The position numbers and the translations under genes are program-made. This document shows, piece by piece, positions 57,579 through 64,000 of a DNA stretch of 64,000 nt (its first letter is position 1; each line of letters opens with the position of its first letter). Source of the DNA: a virus; IMG/VR virus record IMGVR_UViG_3300015265_000205, positions 3,222 through 67,221 of that record; one strand, 5' to 3'. Below the pieces are notes generated by a model, which searched no databases, was not told the origin of the DNA, and saw nothing but the letters and a program-made list of their open reading frames with translations.

Positions 57579-58817
57579 ATGGCTGATTTTTTTTACGACG
57601 GTATGCCGAATGTCAACGAGCGGCTGAACCAGCTGTATAGCGCATTTTCGGCCGGTCCATACAATGCGCTGCCGCTGTCTGGTGGAGTTTTGACCGGTGA
57701 CGTGTCGTCGCGGGGCGCTCTCAGCGTCGACAAGCAGGTGACCGCCGCCGCGCGCGCGCCAAGGTTTATGGCCGCAGCAGGAGCAAGTTTTGGATGGTGG
57801 CGGGTGGCGAAATTCAATCTTCAGCCTGGTAGTGAGGCGGTGGTGCGCATTTCGGGAACCACAGGTTATTCCGCTGTCGATGGTAGCTCGAATGGCGTGT
57901 TGACGACGATCCTGCTGCGAGCAGACAACGATAGTAAAATCCGCGGCTCATTCTATGGCGTCGGTGCATCGTCTAACGACACGATCCGGGATGTGAAAAT
58001 CGGGCTGGATGGCGTGGTATATGTCAGTGCGGCAGCATTTTTCCAGTTTTCCGTCTACATCGATAGCAATATGTGGCTTTCGCAGCCGGTTGAATTTCTC
58101 GGCGCCGGCATCCTGCCACCGGATACCGCCATTGCCGCAGTCAGAATTTGGGGCCTGAAGTTGGGCGCAGGGAACACATTCACGGTGACTCCGACAACGC
58201 TGGAAACCGTCTGTAATTATGTCGGGCGCCATGTGTACCCTGCTGTGGATAATGCCTATGACATGGGCCAGGCGGCTGTGGCCTACCGGACAATCTATGC
58301 ACGTACGGGCACCATCAACACCTCCGACGCACGGCTAAAGCGGGATTTCCGCGACCTGACTGTGGCCGAGATTGCCGCCGCAAAGGATCTCGCCCGCGCC
58401 ATCGGTATTTACCGCTGGCGTGATGCGGTCGACTGCAAAGGCACAGACGCGCGCGAGCACGTCGGCCCGACCGTACAGCGCGCCATCGAAATCATGCAAG
58501 TGCACGGCCTGGAGCCGTTCAACTATGGTTTTATCTGCCATGACACCTGGGAGCAGCAAACCATCGAGCATCCGGCCATTGCGGCTCGGCCAGCTATCCC
58601 GCCTACCGAGGCGGCGCCAGCAGTACTGAATTCGTTCGGAGCTGTCATCACGCCGGTTGTGATGGCCAGCGCGGGTTTTCCTTCCATTGAGGCACGCCCA
58701 GCCTACACGGAGGTCACGCACGAGGCCGGAGACCGCTACGCCTTTCGCTATGACGAACTGGCCATGTTTATCGCCGCCGGCCAGGAGGCGCGGCTGGCGG
58801 CGCTTGAAGCGGCATAA
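57579..58817 (+). CDS. Tail fibre/spike with C-terminal intramolecular chaperone (peptidase S74)
   Basis: INTSDARLK..RYAFRYDEL. Confidence 0.85.
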   Translation: MADFFYDGMPNVNERLNQLYSAFSAGPYNALPLSGGVLTGDVSSRGALSVDKQVTAAARAPRFMAAAGASFGWWRVAKFNLQPGSEAVVRISGTTGYSAVDGSSNGVLTTILLRADNDSKIRGSFYGVGASSNDTIRDVKIGLDGVVYVSAAAFFQFSVYIDSNMWLSQPVEFLGAGILPPDTAIAAVRIWGLKLGAGNTFTVTPTTLETVCNYVGRHVYPAVDNAYDMGQAAVAYRTIYARTGTINTSDARLKRDFRDLTVAEIAAAKDLARAIGIYRWRDAVDCKGTDAREHVGPTVQRAIEIMQVHGLEPFNYGFICHDTWEQQTIEHPAIAARPAIPPTEAAPAVLNSFGAVITPVVMASAGFPSIEARPAYTEVTHEAGDRYAFRYDELAMFIAAGQEARLAALEAA

Positions 58818-58837
58818 AGAATCACCGCACCACCACA

Positions 58838-58863
58838 AACCCGCTTCGGCGGGTTTTTTTATT
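58838..58863 (+). terminator. Intrinsic terminator
   Basis: AACCCGC-TTCG-GCGGGTTTTTTT. Confidence 0.8.
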
Positions 58864-58885
58864 TCCACCACCTGAAAGGCAATAC

Positions 58886-59314
58886 ATGGCCCTCGAAACG
58901 ACCGCCGCTGGCGGCGCACTGATTAAAATTTTTGGCATCCCGGTCCTGGCCGGCGCTGCCGCAACCTCACTGGGATTCATGTTTATGTGGCCAAAGACAA
59001 AAAAAGAGGCGTTCGCGCGCTTCTTCGTGACGATCATTTCTTCCTTCCTGCTGGGGCCTGCGCTGGTGGTAGCTGTGCGTTCCTGGTGGCCCGGGCTGTT
59101 CGAGAACGCGAAAGAGGTGGCCGTGCTGTATGACAGCGAGCCTGCCCTGGGCTTCCTGTTCATCGCTGCGCCGCTGATGGTGGCTGCCGGCTTGCCCGCC
59201 TGGTGGGTGCTGGGCGCTACGGTGCGCTGGCTCGACAAGCGTAAGGACAAGGACATTGGCGAGATAGCGCGCGACGCGGCCGCCGTCGTCCGTGACGTGC
59301 GGGGTGGCCTGTGA
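58886..59314 (+). CDS. Holin-like membrane protein
   Basis: Three hydrophobic segments, upstream of the endolysin. Confidence 0.7.
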   Translation: MALETTAAGGALIKIFGIPVLAGAAATSLGFMFMWPKTKKEAFARFFVTIISSFLLGPALVVAVRSWWPGLFENAKEVAVLYDSEPALGFLFIAAPLMVAAGLPAWWVLGATVRWLDKRKDKDIGEIARDAAAVVRDVRGGL

Positions 59315-59835
59315 GCGCCGTCATGCTGGTCCAGCTGCTAGCCATCATGCCGCTGGCCCGTTCGCGTGCGGCCGCCTTTCTGGCGCCGTTGAATGCAGCC
59401 ATGGTCGAATTCGGGATTACGACGCCGGCGCGCCAGGCTTCATTCCTTTCCCAGGTGGGTCACGAGTCAGGCCAGCTGTTGTATGTGCGCGAGCTGGCCA
59501 GCGGCCAGGCATACGAGGGCCGTGCCGACTTGGGCAACACGCAGCGCGGCGACGGCGTGCGCTTCCGGGGGCGTGGCCTGCTGCAGGTGACTGGCCGCAC
59601 CAACTATGCCGCCTGTGGCAAGGCGCTTGGCCTGGATCTGCTGGCCCAGCCCGATCTGATCGAGCAGACCGTCAACGCCTGCCGCTCGGCTGGCTGGTTC
59701 TGGCAGACGCGCGGCCTGAACGCGCTGGCCGATGCTGGCGACCAGGAGCGGGTGACGCGCCGTATCAACGGTGGCGTGAACGGCCTGGCCGAGCGCCTGG
59801 CCTTGTACCAGGCAGCGCGCAAGGTGTTGGTGTGA
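59311..59835 (+). CDS. Glycoside hydrolase family 19 endolysin
   Basis: FLSQVGHES, FRGRGLLQVTGRTNY, TRRINGG.NGL. Confidence 0.92.
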   Translation: MSAVMLVQLLAIMPLARSRAAAFLAPLNAAMVEFGITTPARQASFLSQVGHESGQLLYVRELASGQAYEGRADLGNTQRGDGVRFRGRGLLQVTGRTNYAACGKALGLDLLAQPDLIEQTVNACRSAGWFWQTRGLNALADAGDQERVTRRINGGVNGLAERLALYQAARKVLV

Positions 59836-60356
59836 GCGCGCTGGTTAAGCTGGCGGGCAGGTTGCCTGGCTGCCTGTACGGCGCCGTGCTGGTATGCGTG
59901 CTTGCCGGCGCCGGCATGCTGTACCAGCGAGCGCAGGGCGTCGCCCAAGGCCGCGCAGCCGTGCAGGCGCTGTGGAATATCGACAAGAAGACCCGCGCGG
60001 TAACGGAAACGAAGGCGGAGGCGCAGCGCGCCGCCGAGAACCTGGCGCAAGCCAGGCAACAGGCTGTCAAATCGGCGGCCATCAAGAAAGTCTACGATGA
60101 CGAAATCAACGATGTGCGCGCTCGGTTTGCTGTTGCTGAGCGCATGCGTAAGCCCGCCTTCTGTGCAAGTGCTGGACCTGCCGCCCCGGCCGGTGCCGGT
60201 GGCGCCGAAGGAGGCGTTGCAGCCGATCCCGCCGGCGGGTTACTTCCTGACGCGGTGGCGCGACATATTCAAGCCTTGATCCTGCAGACGGAGGAGGTTG
60301 CCGCGACGGGCCGCGCATGCCAGGCATTCGTGCGTGAAAATGGCATGGCGCCATAA
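59832..60356 (+). CDS. Rz-like inner-membrane spanin
   Basis: N-terminal TM, coiled coil, RACQAF. Confidence 0.75.
   Translation: MSALVKLAGRLPGCLYGAVLVCVLAGAGMLYQRAQGVAQGRAAVQALWNIDKKTRAVTETKAEAQRAAENLAQARQQAVKSAAIKKVYDDEINDVRARFAVAERMRKPAFCASAGPAAPAGAGGAEGGVAADPAGGLLPDAVARHIQALILQTEEVAATGRACQAFVRENGMAP
60097..60279 (+). CDS. Rz1-like outer-membrane spanin, embedded in Rz
   Basis: Lipobox LLLLSA-C, Pro-rich, alternate frame. Confidence 0.75.
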   Translation: MTKSTMCALGLLLLSACVSPPSVQVLDLPPRPVPVAPKEALQPIPPAGYFLTRWRDIFKP

Positions 60357-60470
60357 AGAGATGGCTGATTGTCGCTGCGCTAACAGCAGCAATCAGCCGG
60401 TGGCACCTGGTGAGTGGGCTTGGATTACCTCATAGGAGGAATTCGACTCTATCATTAGGAGGTACACATT

Positions 60471-61259
60471 TTGGCATTACCCATCATCCCCTGGATCGGC
60501 GGCAAGCGACGCCTGGCCGACCGCATCATCCCGCAATTTCCCCCGCACACTTGCTACGTCGAGGTTTTTGCCGGCGGCGCCGCGTTGTACTTCATGCGGC
60601 CGCCGGCCGAGGTCGAGGTGCTGAACGACGTCAACGGCGAGTTGATCAACCTGTACCGCGTTGTCAAAAATCACCTAGAGGAATTCGTGCGCCAGTTCAA
60701 ATGGGCGCTATCAAGCCGTGAGGTGTTCAAGTGGCTGCAAGAGACGCCACCACATACCTTGACGGACCTGCAGCGCGCGGCGCGCTTCTTCTATCTGCAG
60801 CAGCATGCCTTCGGCGGTAAGGTCGACGGCCAGACGTGGGGCACGGCCACGACCGTGCCGCCGCTTAACCTGCTGCGCATCGAGGAGAACTTGTCGGCCG
60901 CGCACCTTCGCCTGTCTGGCGCCTATATCGAGAACCTGGATTGGTACAAATGCATGGAACGCTACGACCGGCCTCACACGTTGTTTTACCTGGACCCGCC
61001 GTACTGGGAGACGGCAGGGTATGGCGTGGAGTTTGAATTCGCTCAGTACGGGAAGATGGCTGAGCTGATGGCCAGGCTCAAGGGTAAGGCAATTTTGAGC
61101 CTGAATGACCACCCGGACATCAGGCGTGTGTTCGCGCGCTTCCAGATGGACACGACCGGTATTCAGTACAACGTGGGTGGCGGCGGAAAGGAGGTAGAAC
61201 GCAAGGAATTGATTATTTATAGTTGGGATAGGGCGGCTGATCCAGCCGGGCTATTCTAA
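60471..61259 (+). CDS. Dam-like (D12 class) DNA adenine methyltransferase
   Basis: PWIGGK, YVEVFAGG, YLDPPY. Confidence 0.92.
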   Translation: MALPIIPWIGGKRRLADRIIPQFPPHTCYVEVFAGGAALYFMRPPAEVEVLNDVNGELINLYRVVKNHLEEFVRQFKWALSSREVFKWLQETPPHTLTDLQRAARFFYLQQHAFGGKVDGQTWGTATTVPPLNLLRIEENLSAAHLRLSGAYIENLDWYKCMERYDRPHTLFYLDPPYWETAGYGVEFEFAQYGKMAELMARLKGKAILSLNDHPDIRRVFARFQMDTTGIQYNVGGGGKEVERKELIIYSWDRAADPAGLF

Positions 61260-61447
61260 GGAGTTCAGCAGGCGGGGGCCAGCCCTCATGGCCGGCGAGA
61301 TCGTCCTGACGCTAGCGCGAGACTGGCCTTGTGGAAGGAAGTATAAGTGAAACTGGAGGCGATTATTATGGGATGTAAAGAATAATTTCCGCTGAATCAT
61401 GTTGATCTGCTATTGTTGTAGTAAATTTTATTTCTGACGGATATTTC

Positions 61448-61744
61448 ATGGATGAAGAACATTGTGTAGATAGCATGTACCGAACTGTTGTAAGTGGGAA
61501 TAAATTTATTGGACCCGATGCCACACTTACTATTTCTAATGGAAGGAGTATTGATATTTTGTATAATGATTTTTTTTGCAATGGTACTCCTGTAAAGGTT
61601 AGGAATGTTAATGGGTTAAATGCAATTGGAAATCGTCATTTCCAAAATGTAAAATACTCCGGCCGTAGGCCTGGCTATTTTTTGAGCGAGGAGGCAATTG
61701 AGTTTTGTCGTTATAAACTTAAATATTTTGGTAGTGGGGTTTAA
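61448..61744 (+). CDS. Hypothetical protein (AT-rich, possibly a fragment)
   Basis: 98-aa ORF in the low-GC island. Confidence 0.45.
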   Translation: MDEEHCVDSMYRTVVSGNKFIGPDATLTISNGRSIDILYNDFFCNGTPVKVRNVNGLNAIGNRHFQNVKYSGRRPGYFLSEEAIEFCRYKLKYFGSGV

Positions 61745-61813
61745 TGATTTTGAATTATTTTCATGATGTTTTTTTTGATAATTTATTCTGAAATTTTATT
61801 GATTTTTCGATAG

Positions 61814-62065
61814 GTGATAATAATGTTCGATCTTGAGGATGTGGATAATGCAAAACTTACGTCAAATAAGACAACAGGTAAGAATTTTTTACGCGGGAAG
61901 CGTATAAGTAATTTGATTGCTGACGGCAATGAGGCTGGCATCGGGAATGATATTAATAATGGATTTTCTGGTGTTGTTAAAAAAATTGTTATTGGTGTTG
62001 TTATAGTGGTGGTTGGTTCATTTGCGATTTTTGTAATAAATAAATGGTTTCCTGGATTTAAATAG
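61814..62065 (+). CDS. Small protein with C-terminal TM helix
   Basis: KKIVIGVVIVVVGSFAIFVINKW. Confidence 0.55.
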   Translation: MIIMFDLEDVDNAKLTSNKTTGKNFLRGKRISNLIADGNEAGIGNDINNGFSGVVKKIVIGVVIVVVGSFAIFVINKWFPGFK

Positions 62066-62147
62066 TTGCGATTTGAATAGGAATGTTGATTTTCCTGGAG
62101 TGGTTGGCTAATTTAAAATCGTGTGAGATGAATGATTTTTCATATAA

Positions 62148-62465
62148 TATTTTCCACATACGAAACTTTTTCGTGGGTATGTTCAGCGTCGTTTAGGAAA
62201 GATTGGTGGTATCGAAATTGTTGATGTCGAACGTCTGAAGGCGCACATAGACGAGCAAATTGGGGTTAAAGGTATTGCGAAAGAGTGTTCTTACATAAAT
62301 TCACATAACCGAAATAATTTTTTAAAAAATATAAAAGATCAATGGCAAAATGAATTTCGATTATTCTGGGCACATCCTAATGAAGTTGAAATTGATTTGC
62401 CGGCAGGTCTCGTACGACCGTTGCCAAAAATTTTGAAGTTGATTCAAAATTATGGTTTTCGCTGA
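62148..62465 (+). pseudogene. Start-less C-terminal gene fragment
   Basis: Open frame ..GIEIVDVERLKAHIDEQIG..FLKNIKDQWQNEFRLFW.. preceded by an in-frame TAA. Confidence 0.5.
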
Positions 62466-62688
62466 GTTATATATTTCATAATAATAATTCCAGTCTGTTT
62501 GACGTATTATGAAGTAATTTCTGTATTTTTTTCGTGAGATGGTATTTTTTTATCTTATGGTTTTAATTGTTGCATTTAATATGGTAAATAGACGTGCGCT
62601 TATTGCACTCCTAGTAGTAAAGTGCATATCAAGGACCGTTCCGATGTTTATTCTCATCACCTCGACTTGCCGCCCGAGGCTTTGCTAT

Positions 62689-63251
62689 ATGGAGGCGATT
62701 TTGCGTGGATCGCACGACGCTTGCAGGGGGGAGCTTGCGCCCGCCATGTTCGGCGGGGGGCACAAGTCGGTCCGCTAGACCTACGATACCCGCACTGAAA
62801 GGTAGCTAATAAGCCATCCTTCCGTAGCGCTTGAAAGCGTAATCAGTTGTGCATCATTCTGGTCGCCAACATCTTCGAACCCAACTATGAAACCGGTAAG
62901 CCGGTGCGTTGGCGCATCGAGCGCGCAGACGGCGGCCCAGTCGCCATTGCAGGCATATGGGAATACCGCCCGGCGGATCTGCTGCTGTCGTTCTCGATGC
63001 TGACGATCAACGCCGATGGGCACCCTCTGATGCAGCGTTTCCACAAACCTGACGACGAAAAGCGCATGGTGATGATCCTTGACCCTGACCAGTATCAGGG
63101 CTGGCTGGACGGCTCGCTGGTGTCGGAAGAGGACGTTTATCGGCAATATCCAGCCGAGCAGCGTGTCGCGCAGCCCGACCCTTTGCAACCGCGATCACGT
63201 TCGAAAGCACCTGCGCCGGCCGCGCAAGCGGAGCAGGGCGGGCTCTTCTAG
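62689..63251 (+). pseudogene. SOS response-associated peptidase (SRAP) pseudogene
   Basis: C-half intact (FEPNY, IAGIW, SFSMLTINA..HPLM..FH..KRM); N-half has stops and frameshifts (VR*TYD.RTE, KPSFRSA*KR). Confidence 0.8.
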
Positions 63252-63292
63252 TTACAAATTTCGCCTTCTGGTTTTCTAAGCTTGGCAATATA

Positions 63293-63308
63293 CTGTGTTT
63301 TTATACAG
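63293..63308. promoter_or_regulatory. LexA (SOS) box
   Basis: taCTGT-GTTTTTAT-ACAGta, 14 bp upstream of the ORF start. Confidence 0.8.
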
Positions 63309-63322
63309 TATATTTGGGATGA

Positions 63323-64000
63323 ATGATGAAGGTTTGGGCATCAAGGCGTCGAGAGGAAGGGGCAGTGCTGGCAGCCCCTGCACCGGTAGTAGAGGGCGCC
63401 ATGCTGCTCGAACTGTTTGTGGTCGACGTAACGCTGGAGGGGAACCGACGCCCTTCAAAAGTGGCACGCCTGCAGACGATAGGCGCGCCGCGCATCCTGG
63501 CGCAGATGGCCAAGCCCAAACTGGTACGGGTTCAAGGATGGAATATCGTGTTGAGTGGCATTGAGGCAACGAGGGATGAGTCCGGCCACACCCGTGAGGT
63601 CGCCCAGACCTGGGTATGCAAACTTTTCGTACCAGAAAACGCTATCGGATTCCGCGCCAGGGAACTGTATCGATCCGGAGTGGCGCTACCGAAAAAACTT
63701 GCACGTGAGAGCGGTGGCTCGCGCGGGTTGCTGGCGGTGGCTGATGATTACTCAAATGTGCTTCAGCGCCAGACCACGTGCGCTGAGCTGCGCAGCCATC
63801 AGATTTCCACATTTCCGGAGGGCCGCATGATCGACTGTTATATTGAGTGGATGTCGGAAGAGTCGTTCGAACTGGGCGGCCTGCAGTTGCGCTCGAGTTT
63901 TGAGAGCCGTCCGGAGCAGCTGGAGCGCGGCGGGTGGCTGGTTAGCATTGACATGAAAGAACGCGAGCTGACGAAGCGCGAGGCGCGCATGGTTCGATAG
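63323..64000 (+). CDS. LexA-regulated hypothetical protein
   Basis: 225-aa ORF after the SOS box; two similar halves. Confidence 0.75.
   Translation: MMKVWASRRREEGAVLAAPAPVVEGAMLLELFVVDVTLEGNRRPSKVARLQTIGAPRILAQMAKPKLVRVQGWNIVLSGIEATRDESGHTREVAQTWVCKLFVPENAIGFRARELYRSGVALPKKLARESGGSRGLLAVADDYSNVLQRQTTCAELRSHQISTFPEGRMIDCYIEWMSEESFELGGLQLRSSFESRPEQLERGGWLVSIDMKERELTKREARMVR

Larger units (their letters stand above)
510..63251. mobile_element. Lambdoid temperate siphovirus prophage (boundaries approximate; att cores not identified)
   Basis: Complete module order from integrase through immunity, replication, packaging, head, tail and lysis to Dam-like methylase and SRAP remnant. Confidence 0.95.

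Noticed and set aside
53485-58817. Diversity-generating retroelement or invertible tail-fibre cassette
   Set aside because: No reverse transcriptase or invertase; the internal repeat is a diverged protein-domain duplication, not an adenine-specific TR/VR pair
60361-60470. Com-like zinc-finger gene upstream of the Dam-like methylase
   Set aside because: MADCRC.. lacks the second CxxC; the region is better explained as a hairpin (GGCTGATTG/CAATCAGCC)

Overview
Almost the whole window (~500 to ~63300) is one lambdoid-type temperate siphovirus prophage in a GC-rich host. The host is probably a betaproteobacterium (Oxalobacteraceae-like); this is inferred from gene content, not verified. The modules in order are: integrase/excisionase; a leftward early operon (MazG-like, DUF5131, RdgC, KTSC, YqaJ/RecT); the CI/Cro switch with TAAACA-N3-TGTTTA operators; a rightward early operon (KilA-N, C5 methylase, HNH, helicase-methylase, O/P-like replication, Q-like); a late promoter and tRNA-Gly; packaging, head and tail; lysis (holin, GH19, Rz/Rz1); a Dam-like methylase; an AT-rich island; an SRAP pseudogene; and a LexA-boxed gene. 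The most unusual feature is a recurring antisense cassette. Three small reverse-strand genes with an alignable C-terminal helix lie inside the rightward operon. Each sits under a codon-aligned sense-strand 'bridge' ORF that preserves translational coupling. Each is preceded by an extended -10 promoter, and in two of them (plus a fourth cassette in the leftward operon) that promoter is built from the reverse complement of the next operon gene's start codon. Other notable items: two NrdR-like boxes before the packaging genes, a proteasome-beta/HslV-like gene between head-tail connector genes, repeated GGAN-tetraloop leaders on the scaffold and capsid genes, a non-canonical tRNA-like RNA, and an SOS-box-like palindrome on the late promoter. 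All product calls come from motif recognition by eye; no database searches were run.
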